From: a virus | Lineage: Duplodnaviria; Caudoviricetes | IMG/VR virus record: IMGVR_UViG_2595698635_000001 | Location: 6,839-70,838 of that record | DNA: 64,000 nt | Reading direction: 5' to 3' (one strand) | Part shown: positions 9,385-19,643 of the stretch, piece by piece | Layout: each line of letters begins with the position of its first letter | How positions within the stretch are numbered: position 1 is the stretch's first letter | Notes under the pieces: model-generated | The model's database searches: none | What the model was told of the DNA's origin: nothing | Seen by the model: only the letters and a program-made list of their open reading frames with translations | Translations under genes and position numbers: made by a program

Positions 9385-10128
9385 GTGAGCATCCACTGGC
9401 CCATCGACCGCGTGACGGACCCGCTGCCCGACCGCCCCGACCCGGTGACGCCCGAGTGGATCAAGGCGGCGCTGGAGCGCAACGGGGCCGAGACCATGGC
9501 CACCGCGATCATCCACTACCTGAGCGGTCGGCAGTTCGGCTACGAGACCGTGACCGTTCGACCGTGCCCTCAGGGCGTCCGCCACCGCCTCCGCGAGACC
9601 GAGGTGACCTCCTACCTGGTGAGCTGGGAGGGCTACGGCTGGGTCGGCGTCCCGTGCGGCTGTGGCCCGCGCTGCTCGGTCAGCGGGCCACGGGTGATCC
9701 ACCTGCCCGGCCCGGCGGCTGAGATCGAGAGCGTGGTGATCGAGGGCGTGACCATCCCCGAGGTCGGCTACCGGCTGGAGGGCAACGCGCTCTACCGCGT
9801 CGGCGGCAACTGGCCCGCCCAGGATCTGGGCAAGCCGCTCGGTGAGTCGAACACCTGGTCCGTGACCTACCACCGGGGTCAGCCGGTGCCGGGCGGCGTC
9901 GGCGCGCTGACCGGCCTGCTGGCCAAGGAGATCGAGACCGCCATCCACGACGACGGCGAGTGCCGCCTGCCGCGCACCGTCACCACCGTGAGCCGCCAGG
10001 GCGTCACGTACCGCGCCTACGACCCGGCGGTGATCTACAAGACCGGCAAGACCGGCCTCCCCGAGGTCGATCTGTGGCTGGCCTCGGTCAACCCGAACGC
10101 GCTGATGGCCGCGCCGAGCGTGCGATGA
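9385..10128 (+). CDS. Head-to-tail adaptor
   Basis: LSGRQFG...VRPC, CRLP...SRQGV, KTGLPEVDLWLASVNP motifs; synteny. Confidence 0.75.
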   Translation: MSIHWPIDRVTDPLPDRPDPVTPEWIKAALERNGAETMATAIIHYLSGRQFGYETVTVRPCPQGVRHRLRETEVTSYLVSWEGYGWVGVPCGCGPRCSVSGPRVIHLPGPAAEIESVVIEGVTIPEVGYRLEGNALYRVGGNWPAQDLGKPLGESNTWSVTYHRGQPVPGGVGALTGLLAKEIETAIHDDGECRLPRTVTTVSRQGVTYRAYDPAVIYKTGKTGLPEVDLWLASVNPNALMAAPSVR

Positions 10129-10673
10129 CCGCGCCCGGCTGCCGGGTAGACCCGGCCATGGAAGTGATCGGCGCGGCGTCGGCGGCGCTGGCGTCACAGT
10201 TCGCCGATCACCCTCAGTGCCCGCCGCTGGTCGGCGCGACCGAGAACGTGCGGTTCCTGGCCGGTGACGGCGCGCCTCTCGCCGCCTGGGACAGTCACGC
10301 CAAGGGCGGTAAGCGCGGGTGCGCTGAGCCGTTCGTCTGGGTGCGGGCCATGCGCCGGTTCCGCTCGGCCACCTTCCCCCGCGAGACCCTGGACCAGAAC
10401 CCGTGCTCGCTGCCCAAGGTGCTGGCGGTGGAGCTGGGCGTGGCGTGGTGCGCGGTGATCGCTGACCGGCCCGACCGCGCGCCCAAGTTCGAGGATCTGG
10501 CCCGCGAGGCCGAGGTCAGCATGGACACCGCCTGGCGGCTGGAGAACGCGATGTGCGCGGCGGCGAAGACGCTGACCGGCCAGGAGCGACAGGTCGGGAC
10601 GGACACCGTGGTCCCGTATGGTCCTGAGGGAGGGATCATCGCCTGGTCGGGCGTGATCTACGCGAGCTACTGA
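10125..10673 (+). CDS. Virion joining protein (tail terminator-like)
   Basis: ATGA overlap; C-terminal PYGPEGG motif; synteny. Confidence 0.55.
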   Translation: MTAPGCRVDPAMEVIGAASAALASQFADHPQCPPLVGATENVRFLAGDGAPLAAWDSHAKGGKRGCAEPFVWVRAMRRFRSATFPRETLDQNPCSLPKVLAVELGVAWCAVIADRPDRAPKFEDLAREAEVSMDTAWRLENAMCAAAKTLTGQERQVGTDTVVPYGPEGGIIAWSGVIYASY

Positions 10674-10683
10674 GGAGCGAGTC

Positions 10684-11001
10684 ATGGCCAAGATCACCGT
10701 CGAGGGAAGCATCCTGCCGAGCGCGTTCCTGGCGCGCGGTGACCGCGCCGAGGTCAACGACAGCGACCCCACCGTGCAGTACCTGATCGACCAGGGCTAC
10801 GTGAACGTGGTCGACACCGAGACCGGCCAGCTGGAGCCGCCCCCGGTCCCCGAGGCCCCGAGCCCGAACGCCAGCACCAAGGACTGGCAGGCGTTCCTCA
10901 CCAGCCAGGGCGTCGACTACCCGACCGAGGGCGACGGCTCCGGTCGCAACGAGCTGGTCGCGCTCTGGGAGCGGACGATCAATCCGCCCCCGGCTGAGTG
11001 A
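10684..11001 (+). CDS. Hypothetical protein with C-terminal HeH/LEM-like motif
   Basis: GAGGAG RBS; PSPNASTKDWQAFL...RNELVAL. Confidence 0.65.
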   Translation: MAKITVEGSILPSAFLARGDRAEVNDSDPTVQYLIDQGYVNVVDTETGQLEPPPVPEAPSPNASTKDWQAFLTSQGVDYPTEGDGSGRNELVALWERTINPPPAE

Positions 11002-11411
11002 CCGCGCGCATCCGCGCCCGCGTCGAGATTGACGAGGCGGCGCTGGAGCGGGAGTCGGGGCGTGATCTGCGCGCGTTCCACCGGTCGCTCACCCGGCGCA
11101 TCGCCAATCAGGCCCGCGCCGACGTCCCCGTGCGTACCGGCAACCTCGGGCGCACCATCGGTGAGATGCCTCAGGTCTACACCCCGTTCCATGTGAGCGG
11201 CGGCGTCGAGGCCACCGCCGACTACGCGGCTGCCGTGCATGAGGGGTCGCGGCCACACCGCATCGCCGCCCGCAGCGCCGACGCGCTGCGCTTCGTCTGG
11301 CACGGGCGCGTGATGTTCCGCAAGTCCGTCTGGCACCCCGGCACCCGAGCCCGCCCGTTCCTGCGCAACGCCGCCCGCCGGGTCGTCGGCGCTGACCCGC
11401 GCGTCCACTGA
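10998..11411 (+). CDS. HK97 gp10-like tail/neck component
   Basis: PVRTGNL, YAAAVHEG, HPGTRARPFLRNA motifs. Confidence 0.75.
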   Translation: MTARIRARVEIDEAALERESGRDLRAFHRSLTRRIANQARADVPVRTGNLGRTIGEMPQVYTPFHVSGGVEATADYAAAVHEGSRPHRIAARSADALRFVWHGRVMFRKSVWHPGTRARPFLRNAARRVVGADPRVH

Positions 11412-11526
11412 GTTATCCGACTCGGTGCTACCCTCGGGCGTGAGGTGAGTGTTCCAGCGAGGCCGGAACTTAAAGTCGGAGGCGACCGGCGCTCACCGTG
11501 ACCTCAGGGCTTCGGGAAGGAACCAC

Positions 11527-12204
11527 ATGGCTACGTTCGGTGCTGGCGGCAAGAAGATCGAGGACGACGCGGATCAGCTGATGCCGCCCGCCGACCTCAC
11601 CGAGCGCGACCCCGACCCCTACGGCGACAACGAGCCCGGTGAGCCGGTCATCGTGGGCGAGGTGACCCCGGTCGAGGACCAGGTGGCCCAGGTCAACGAC
11701 GACGAGTACCCGGCCCGCCCGTTCCGCGAGGACGAGCCCCGCTCCGAGGGCGCGGTGGCCCGAGTCGCGCCGGACCCCGAGACCGCCGACGAGAAGCAGG
11801 CCCGGCTGGCCCGGCTCCGCGCCGAGCTGGCGGCGGCTGAGGCCGAGGACGCGCCGGACACCGGCACCGCCGTGGCCCTGGTCGAGAAGTGGGACGTCAC
11901 CAAGGACACGGACGAGACCTGGCCGTATGACTTCCTGGAGTTCGAGGGCGACAAGCTCGGCGTCCGGCTGCCGCAGAAGCAGGCCCTGGCGGCGTTCTCG
12001 CTGGCCAGCTCCAAGTACGTCAGCCTCGGGGTCAAGAATGACCTGACCGGCCTGTTCATCGCGCGCCACCTGAGCCCCGAGAGCTACGGGCGCGTGTTCT
12101 CCCGCCTGATGGACCCCGACGACTCGGCCTACACCGTCGAGACCGTGGGCGAGCTGTTCAACGCCATCGTGACGGCCAGTGTCGAGGCCGACAAGTCCGA
12201 GTAG
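11527..12204 (+). CDS. Tail assembly chaperone
   Basis: GAAGGA RBS; acidic protein immediately before tape measure; no second frameshift ORF follows. Confidence 0.7.
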   Translation: MATFGAGGKKIEDDADQLMPPADLTERDPDPYGDNEPGEPVIVGEVTPVEDQVAQVNDDEYPARPFREDEPRSEGAVARVAPDPETADEKQARLARLRAELAAAEAEDAPDTGTAVALVEKWDVTKDTDETWPYDFLEFEGDKLGVRLPQKQALAAFSLASSKYVSLGVKNDLTGLFIARHLSPESYGRVFSRLMDPDDSAYTVETVGELFNAIVTASVEADKSE

Positions 12205-12231
12205 CGGTCATCCATCGGATAGCCTGACCAG

Positions 12232-15200
12232 GTGACCGATGTAGGGAAGATCAGTCTTGGCGTCGAACTCGACGCCGACGACCTGGCCTCCCGCCTCGGT
12301 GAGGCCGTGCGGCGGGCCATCGCCCCGGCGCTGGCCAAGGTCCAGGCCGAGCTGAACAAGGTCCAGCGCGAGTATGACCAGACCGCGCGGGCCAGCGAGA
12401 AGGCGAACACCGCCCAGGCTGCCGGTGCCAAGGCGGTGGCCGAGGCCGTCGAGCAGATCGGCAACGAGCAGACCAAGACCGCCGCCAAGACTTCGGCGGC
12501 GGGCGCGGTGACCACGCGCCAGCTGAACGCGATCACCCGCGCCTACGAGCGGCAGACCGCCGCGATCATCAAGAACACCGCCGCCCGAGCGGCGAACGCG
12601 GCTACGCCCGTCGGCGCGGCTCCAGCGACCGGCGGGTTCGGCGGCGGTGGTGGTGGCGCTCCACCCCGGCGCACGGCCACCGGTGACCTGTTCACCGGCC
12701 AGGGCGGCGGCGGGCGGTTCATCACCTCTCCGGTGGGCGTCAACGCCATTGCCCTGGGTATCGGGTCTCTCCCGGCGGCGTCAGCCGCGCTCATCCAGGT
12801 GGTCGGCGGCGTCCAGCAGCTGGCCCAGGCGGGCCTCGCGCTGCCCGGCATCTACGGCGGCGTGGCGGCGTCCATCGGTACCGCCGTGCTCGGGTTCAAG
12901 GGCCTCGGGGAGGCCACCGAGGCGCTGTCCGAGGCGATGAAGACCGGAGACCCCAAGGATCTGGAGAAGGCCAAGGAGGTCATGCAGGATCTCCACCCGG
13001 CCACCGTGGCCGTCGCGGAGACCCTGGCCAAGCTCAACCGAGGCCCGCTGCTGGAGTTCCGCAAGAACATCGCCGGGCAGATGCTTGACGGGTTCGACCA
13101 GTCTCTCCAGGGCCTGGCGGACAAGGCGCTCCCGCGCGTCGAGAGCGGGATGGGCAAGGTCGCCACCGCCTGGAACGGCACCCTCAAGACCCTGACCACG
13201 GCGGCGGGCCGGGACAGCAACCTCAACCTCATGGATCGGATCTTCGGCAACACCGCCGAGGGTCAGACCCGAGCGAACGCGGCCATCGAGCCGCTGGTCC
13301 ACGCGCTCGGCACGCTCACCGCCGCCGGTACCGACGTGCTGCCGCGCCTCGGTGACGGCCTGACCGACGTCGCCCATCGGTTCGACGCATGGATCACTCG
13401 GGTGGACGGCGACGGGCGGCTGGCCAAGTGGATCGACCAGGGCCTGACCGGCCTGCGCCAGCTGGGCGAGACCGGGCTGAACCTGATCAAGATCGTGACG
13501 AACCTGACCCAGGCGGCGGGCGCTGACCAGGGCGGGTTCCTCACCTGGCTGGAGTCGGCCACCTCCAAGCTGCGCGACCTGACCGGCTCGGCGTCGGGCC
13601 AGGCGTCCATCGCGCGGTTCTTCCGTGAGGGGCGCGAGCAGGCCGCTCAGTGGCTCCCGATCCTCCAGAACTTCGCCGAGCTGCTGGGCGACGTCTACGA
13701 GGCCAGCAAGACCTGGACGTCCGTGCTGCTGCCGGTGCTCCGTGGCATCACCGAGGCGCTGACGGCCATCCCCGGCCTGACGCAGGCCGTACTGGTGGGG
13801 TTCCTGGCGTGGAAGTCCATCACCCTGATCACCACGCTGACCTCGGGCCTGAGCCGGATGAGCGGCGTGCTGGACGCGCTGCCCGGCAAGGCTCAGCGTG
13901 CCGGGCGCGGGCTCGGGGCCATCGGTGGGGCGCTGGGCAGCACCCGAGGCACCACCGGGCTGGGTCTGCTCGCGGCGGGCTCGATCACGTCGCTGACGTC
14001 CGATCAGGGGGACGTGGCGGGCCAGCTCATGGGCGCGCTGTCCACGGTGGGCGGCGGCGCGCTGACCGGCGCGGCCATCGGCTCGGTCATCCCCGGCCTG
14101 GGTACCGGCATCGGCGCGCTGATCGGCGGCGGCGTCGGCACCGCGCTGGCCGGGATCAACTACCTGCTCGCGGACAACAAGGCGGCGACGGACGCGGCGG
14201 CTGCCGCTGCCGAGGCGCACGCGGCGGCGCTGGACCGGTCCCGAACGGCCATGGAGCTGACCAACCAGGCTACGAAGTCGGCCAACGACTCCCTCCTGGC
14301 GTCGGGTGGCGCGTTCGACGCGGCCAGCTTGGGCGCGGTCGGTGACATGATCAGCCAGATTCCCGACCGCCTGGCCGGGGCCTACGACGAGTCGACGCTT
14401 AAGGGCATCGCGTCGGCGCTCGGTGACGTCAACATGACCACCGAGCAGCTGAGTCAGACCGTGACCGGCGCGGGACCGCAGTTCGACGCGCTGACCGCCC
14501 GGCTGACCGCTATGGGGCCGAACGGGGCCATCGCCGCTACTCAGCTCCAGAACATCCGCGACCAGGTGCTGGGCACGGCGGCGAACGCCCAGACCGCCGC
14601 GCCCCTGCTCCAGGGCCTGGCCGACCGCCTCGGGGTCGACATTCCGACGGCGGCTGTGAACGTCCAGAACGCGCTGGCGGCGGTGCCCAAGGACGTTCCG
14701 ATCAACCTCAGCGCCCCTGGCGGTGAGGCGGTGTTCCAGCTGCTGACGGACATCGGCGTCAAGGTCACCACCGACAACGCCAAGAACATCCTGGTGGAGG
14801 CCCCGCTGGCCCCGGCGGTCCTGGAGCAGCTGCGCGCGCTCGGATACGAGGTCACTCAGAACAACGACAAGACGATCAACGTCTCGGTGAACCAGGCCCA
14901 GTACGAGGACACCTTCCGCAAGCTCGGAACCCTCGGGGACATGTACCGCCAGCTGCTCGGGCCGGGCCTGGGCCTGCCGAATGTGCCTGCTCCCGCCCCT
15001 CAGCCGCAGACCGTCACCGACCTGCTGTTGCCGCCGCCTCGGCCTGGCGGCGCGGACGGCATGGTGATCCCCGGCTACGCGCCCGGTCACGACGTGGTGA
15101 ACGCGGTGCTGGCCCCCGGTGAGGGCGTCCTGATCCCCGAGGCCGTGCGCGGCCTCGGCGGGGCGGCGGCGGTGTACGCCATCAACAGCCGGTTCCGCTC

Positions 15201-18200
15201 GGGCCTGTCCAAGCGGTACTACGCCGACGGCGGCGTGGAGCCGCACCTGGGCACCGGGGCGCTCCCCGGCCCGCCGCCGGTCATCGGGCCGGACACCGAG
15301 CTGAGCGTGCTCATCCAGATCCGCGACCTCCTCAGCGGTAAGGGCGGCGCGGCCAGCAACCCGCTCGCGGCGACGGCGGCGAACACGGCCACGGTGGCCT
15401 CGGCGGCTGACGCCAGCGGCACCACCATGGGGCCGTTCGGCACGCCGCTCAAGAAGCGCGGCAACCCCGGCTACGAGATGGCCGCAGCGGCGCTCCAGGC
15501 GCTCGGGGCCGACCCCGAGAAGTGGATCGGCGCTGACCCGTCGACCTACGTTCCGCCGGGCGTCGGCCAGCTGCCGGGCGTGACCGGCGCGGGTCTGCCG
15601 GTCAACTACGCCGCCCAGGCGGCGGCGCTGGCGGCGTTCGCGCGCTCGGGTGACCTCGCGGATGTCGCGGGTCTCGGGCTGAACGCGAACGACCCCGTGA
15701 TCACCGCGCTGACCTCGGCGCGGAACAAGAAGAAGGGCGGTCTGGACGACGACCAGATCGCGGGCCTGGTAGACCAGGTGCTCGGCCAGGGCGGCTACGG
15801 CGGCGTGCTGGACGAGACGAACACCTCGCTGATCAAGTCGCTGACGCGCTACCGCGAGCAGCTGATGAAGCAGCAGGGTCTGGACCCGAACGCGGTCGGT
15901 ACCACCTCCAGCACGCCGACCTCGGTCGCCACGGCCATGCCGACCTCGGGGACCGGCGCTCAGGCGGTCATCGACCTGGCCATGCGTTCCAGCGGCGGGC
16001 AGTACAAGTGGGGCGGCTCCGACCTGGCCAAGGGCCTGTCCGACTGCTCGGGCGCGGTCTCGGACCTGGTGGAGCTGATCACCAAGGGCCAGGCCGATCC
16101 CGGTCGACTGTTCGCCACCAGCAACGCCCGCGACGTGCTGACCAAGCTCGGCGCGGTCGAGGGCGCTATCCCCGGCGCGCTCCAGATCGGCTGGAGCGAC
16201 ACTCACATGCGCTCGACGCTGCCCAACGGCGTGGCATTCGAGTCGGGCGGCGGCACCGGCCAGGGCGCGACCTACGGCGGCAACGCCAAGGGTGCCGAGG
16301 GAATGCCGAACATCATGTCGCTGCCCGTCGGCGCGCTCCCGCCCGGCTACGGGCTCGGCGGAATGACCGGCGCGAGCGGCGGCGTGAACGCGCTCGGATA
16401 CTCGGGCGGCGGGCCGGTCCCGGTCTACATCGTGGCTGGTCCGAACGGCGGGCTGCCGCCGGGCATGGACCAGATTCTCGGCGCGGGCCTCGGCGCGGCG
16501 GGCGGCGCGGCTGGTGACGTCGCCAGCGACATCGTGGGCGCGGTCGGCGGGCTCGGGCAGGAGGCGTGGCGGAAGCGCGCCCCGGCGGCGGGCCTGGACC
16601 AGCTGCTGGACGAGCGCAACCCGCTGGCCCTGGCCGAGGCCATGGGCTTCGACGTCCAGGACTTCACTCGGGCGGGCGGCGCGTTCGACCAGGACCAGGT
16701 GCAGAAGTCCGACCAGCAGTACGACGCCTCGGGGCGGCTGTTCTCCGACACCGCCGGGCTGATGGACCGCACGTTCTCCAGCCTCCAGGCCCAGCTGAGC
16801 GCCATGCGCGAGCAGCTGGTGGACGTCATCGAGCAGACGAATCAGCGCCTGGCCGAGTCGGCGCTGGAGCCGGTCATCAAGGCCGGTATGCAGTCGGCGC
16901 TCGAAGGGCTCAAGGACTCGGTGTCCACGGCCATCGGCTCGGCGCTCGGCAACGCCGCCGCACCGCCCATCGCTGACGCGGTGAGCAGCGCGGTGTCCAG
17001 CCTGCCCATCGACCAGTCCGGCGCGGGGAACGTCGGCAACGGCCTGGCCGGTGTGGTGGCCCAGGGCTTCGCAGGCGGCGGGCCGGTCAGCGGCGGCACC
17101 CCCGGCAAGGACTCGGTTCCCGCCCTGCTCATGCCCGGCGAGTACGTGCTGAACACGGCCCAGGTGGCCCGCATGGGCGGGTTCGCGGCGGTGGACACCA
17201 TCGCCAGCCGAGGGATGCGCCGGTACGCCACGGGCGGCGGTGTGATCGGCAACGACTCGGTGGGCGCGGAGTTCTTCGGGGTCTCCGAGGTGCCGATCCT
17301 CGGGGCCATCGTCAACCTGATCATCCGCACGCTGCTCCAGGTGATCGGCGTGGAGATCGAGAGCCGCGACACTCTCAACGAGATGACCGACGAGTTCCGT
17401 GGGTTCCGTGGGGATGCGTTCAAGGCGTTCGACGCTCAGGGCCGACTGCTGAACGACACCTCGGGCCTGATCGAGCGCACTCAGTCCAGCACCGAGACCG
17501 CCGCCGAGGAGCGCATCCGCATCCTCAAGATCGTCATCCAGGCCATCATCAAGTACATCATCGAGAAGGTCATCGTCCCGATCACCAAGGCCGTCGCCAA
17601 CGCTGCGATCCAGGCCGGGGCGTCGGCGGCGGGCGCGGCGGTCAACACCCAGGCCCCCGGCGCTGGCGGCATCGTGTCCAGCCTGATCAGCTCGGCGGGC
17701 CAGGCGGGCGTGGAGATCGCCGCCGAGGTCGGCACGGACTTCGCGCTGGCCATGTCCGAGCAGCTGATCAACGTGGTGGCCGAGGGCCTGCAATCAGCCG
17801 CGCCCGACCTGGTGAACAACGTGTTCGGCGGTGGTCTGCTGGCGGGCCTGTTCGACCCGGCGGGCGGGTTCCTGACGACGCTGGTCGGCGGGTTGTTCGG
17901 TGCGTTCGCGGGCCTGTTCGGCGGGCTGTTCGGCGGGGCGTCGACCCTCATCCCCGGCATCCCGTTCGACCAGGGCGGCATGGCCACCGGCAAGGGCCTC
18001 ATGCTCAAGGACGTGGACGACGACGAACTGGTGCTCAAGCCGGTGGAGACCGACCTGTTCACCCGGTTCGTCAAGGCGCTGGAGAACGGCGGGTTCGGCG
18101 GCGGTCGGACCAATCACGTATCCGCACCCATTACTGTTATCGGTGGTGGCCGCGAGACCGCCGAGCAGGTCAGTGACCGACTGGTCCGCTTGATGTCGTA

Positions 18201-18201
18201 G
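12232..18201 (+). CDS. Tape measure protein (1989 aa) with embedded NlpC/P60-like domain
   Basis: Longest ORF, Ala/Gly-rich, repeated (F/Y)AxGG...PGExVL motifs, YKWGG...DCSG...H. Confidence 0.95.
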   Translation: MTDVGKISLGVELDADDLASRLGEAVRRAIAPALAKVQAELNKVQREYDQTARASEKANTAQAAGAKAVAEAVEQIGNEQTKTAAKTSAAGAVTTRQLNAITRAYERQTAAIIKNTAARAANAATPVGAAPATGGFGGGGGGAPPRRTATGDLFTGQGGGGRFITSPVGVNAIALGIGSLPAASAALIQVVGGVQQLAQAGLALPGIYGGVAASIGTAVLGFKGLGEATEALSEAMKTGDPKDLEKAKEVMQDLHPATVAVAETLAKLNRGPLLEFRKNIAGQMLDGFDQSLQGLADKALPRVESGMGKVATAWNGTLKTLTTAAGRDSNLNLMDRIFGNTAEGQTRANAAIEPLVHALGTLTAAGTDVLPRLGDGLTDVAHRFDAWITRVDGDGRLAKWIDQGLTGLRQLGETGLNLIKIVTNLTQAAGADQGGFLTWLESATSKLRDLTGSASGQASIARFFREGREQAAQWLPILQNFAELLGDVYEASKTWTSVLLPVLRGITEALTAIPGLTQAVLVGFLAWKSITLITTLTSGLSRMSGVLDALPGKAQRAGRGLGAIGGALGSTRGTTGLGLLAAGSITSLTSDQGDVAGQLMGALSTVGGGALTGAAIGSVIPGLGTGIGALIGGGVGTALAGINYLLADNKAATDAAAAAAEAHAAALDRSRTAMELTNQATKSANDSLLASGGAFDAASLGAVGDMISQIPDRLAGAYDESTLKGIASALGDVNMTTEQLSQTVTGAGPQFDALTARLTAMGPNGAIAATQLQNIRDQVLGTAANAQTAAPLLQGLADRLGVDIPTAAVNVQNALAAVPKDVPINLSAPGGEAVFQLLTDIGVKVTTDNAKNILVEAPLAPAVLEQLRALGYEVTQNNDKTINVSVNQAQYEDTFRKLGTLGDMYRQLLGPGLGLPNVPAPAPQPQTVTDLLLPPPRPGGADGMVIPGYAPGHDVVNAVLAPGEGVLIPEAVRGLGGAAAVYAINSRFRSGLSKRYYADGGVEPHLGTGALPGPPPVIGPDTELSVLIQIRDLLSGKGGAASNPLAATAANTATVASAADASGTTMGPFGTPLKKRGNPGYEMAAAALQALGADPEKWIGADPSTYVPPGVGQLPGVTGAGLPVNYAAQAAALAAFARSGDLADVAGLGLNANDPVITALTSARNKKKGGLDDDQIAGLVDQVLGQGGYGGVLDETNTSLIKSLTRYREQLMKQQGLDPNAVGTTSSTPTSVATAMPTSGTGAQAVIDLAMRSSGGQYKWGGSDLAKGLSDCSGAVSDLVELITKGQADPGRLFATSNARDVLTKLGAVEGAIPGALQIGWSDTHMRSTLPNGVAFESGGGTGQGATYGGNAKGAEGMPNIMSLPVGALPPGYGLGGMTGASGGVNALGYSGGGPVPVYIVAGPNGGLPPGMDQILGAGLGAAGGAAGDVASDIVGAVGGLGQEAWRKRAPAAGLDQLLDERNPLALAEAMGFDVQDFTRAGGAFDQDQVQKSDQQYDASGRLFSDTAGLMDRTFSSLQAQLSAMREQLVDVIEQTNQRLAESALEPVIKAGMQSALEGLKDSVSTAIGSALGNAAAPPIADAVSSAVSSLPIDQSGAGNVGNGLAGVVAQGFAGGGPVSGGTPGKDSVPALLMPGEYVLNTAQVARMGGFAAVDTIASRGMRRYATGGGVIGNDSVGAEFFGVSEVPILGAIVNLIIRTLLQVIGVEIESRDTLNEMTDEFRGFRGDAFKAFDAQGRLLNDTSGLIERTQSSTETAAEERIRILKIVIQAIIKYIIEKVIVPITKAVANAAIQAGASAAGAAVNTQAPGAGGIVSSLISSAGQAGVEIAAEVGTDFALAMSEQLINVVAEGLQSAAPDLVNNVFGGGLLAGLFDPAGGFLTTLVGGLFGAFAGLFGGLFGGASTLIPGIPFDQGGMATGKGLMLKDVDDDELVLKPVETDLFTRFVKALENGGFGGGRTNHVSAPITVIGGGRETAEQVSDRLVRLMS

Positions 18202-18209
18202 GAGGCAAG

Positions 18210-19643
18210 GTGGCGTTCCGAGGCTACTTCGCCCTGAACGGTGTCGAGATCGCGAACTCCAGCCGGGTGGCGACACACCTCGGGATGGACCCGCCGACCA
18301 ACGACCTGGGCCTCCTCGGCCAGGCGGTGGACTGCGCGCTGGTGCCCATCGCGCCGGGGCGGCTGCTGGCTGAGCTGGCCCCGAGTCAGGAGCTGATCGG
18401 CCCCGGTCGGCTGCTGGCCACGCCGCCCGACGGGTCGCGGCTCTACAGCCCTCTCCTCGCGCTGGTCGGTGACTGCTGGAGCCCCGAGAACATGTGCTTC
18501 GGGTGCCGGGGCCAGATCACCTACGACGACAGCTGGCCGGGCCTCCAGACCATGCTGGGCGACACCATCTACCGCCCCGAGCTGGCCCCGTGGTACTCGC
18601 TCCAGGTGCCCGAGTCCGCCGAGTTCGGCGGCATCTGGGTCATGGACGTGAAGGGCCTGGACGGCGCGCCCGGTGGCCGTGAGGTCACGGAGATGGCCGG
18701 GAGCGGCGGCGCGCCAGGGCCTCACCGTGACGGCAGCCGCCGCGTCCAGTTCGACGCGCTGCTGGTGGCCTGCACGAACGCGGGCCTGACTCACGGGCTC
18801 CAGTGGCTCAAGACTCAGCTGCGCGCCACCATCAACCGGAACGACTCACGGCTCCGCTACCTGGCCGCTCACCCCGGCGACTCGGCGGCTGACCCCGAGA
18901 CCCTGATCCGCGAGCTGCACGGCGTCGTGATGACTCAGGAGGTTCAGGTCACCCAGGCGGTGAACGCCAGCCGAGGCGAACACCAGCAGGCCACCATGTA
19001 CCGCGTCCAGTGGGAGCTGACGGCCACCCGGCCCTACGCCTACAGCGCGCCGGTCACCCTGCCGGTGGAGTGGGACGAGATCGAGGTGACGCCGATCAGC
19101 TGGGTCCACGCCGCCGACTGCCGCGAGACCTACAGCTGCGCGCCGATGCCCGCCCTGTTCGCTGAGGACTGCGCCATCGAGCGCGTGGACGCGGTGGTCA
19201 CGCCGCCCCCGACGTGCGGTGGCTGTATGCCGGTGAGCGGCATCGACACCTACGTCTACGAGGTGCCGACGTTCGACCGGCCATTCCGCACCGCCGAGAC
19301 CTCGGTGACCACGCGCATCAAGAACACCGGGGCCGACAACCTGACTCTCCAGGCGTTCTGGCGGCGCTGCAACGCCCGCGACGACTGCGATACCGACCAG
19401 TGGCCGCTCCAGGTGACCAGCCTCCCGCCGGACGCCGAGCTGATCCTGGACGGGATCAGCAAGAGCTACCACGTGTACCTCGGCGGTCGGAAGCGCCGCC
19501 CCTACGGCATGGTGGCCACGCCCAAGGGCGCGCCGTGGCGTCCGCCGGTCATCGACCGCTCGGACTGCTGGGAGTTCGTGGTGATCGCGCCCGATGATGG
19601 GCACTTCGACGTCACCCTGTCGCTGACCGACCGGGAGGCGTAA
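18210..19643 (+). CDS. Minor tail protein (distal tail-like)
   Basis: AGGAGG RBS; first gene after tape measure; GYFALNGVEIANSSR start. Confidence 0.8.
   Translation: MAFRGYFALNGVEIANSSRVATHLGMDPPTNDLGLLGQAVDCALVPIAPGRLLAELAPSQELIGPGRLLATPPDGSRLYSPLLALVGDCWSPENMCFGCRGQITYDDSWPGLQTMLGDTIYRPELAPWYSLQVPESAEFGGIWVMDVKGLDGAPGGREVTEMAGSGGAPGPHRDGSRRVQFDALLVACTNAGLTHGLQWLKTQLRATINRNDSRLRYLAAHPGDSAADPETLIRELHGVVMTQEVQVTQAVNASRGEHQQATMYRVQWELTATRPYAYSAPVTLPVEWDEIEVTPISWVHAADCRETYSCAPMPALFAEDCAIERVDAVVTPPPTCGGCMPVSGIDTYVYEVPTFDRPFRTAETSVTTRIKNTGADNLTLQAFWRRCNARDDCDTDQWPLQVTSLPPDAELILDGISKSYHVYLGGRKRRPYGMVATPKGAPWRPPVIDRSDCWEFVVIAPDDGHFDVTLSLTDREA

Noticed and set aside
11527-12231. Canonical slippery-site frameshift before the tape measure
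   Set aside because: No second ORF or XXXYYYZ heptamer is evident between the chaperone stop and the tape measure start
12781-17793. 1670-aa antisense ORF, and similar long ORFs at 586-2820, 2919-4637, 20932-22776 and 38793-41840
   Set aside because: Shadow frames of high-GC3 genes on the opposite strand; no RBS or domain motifs
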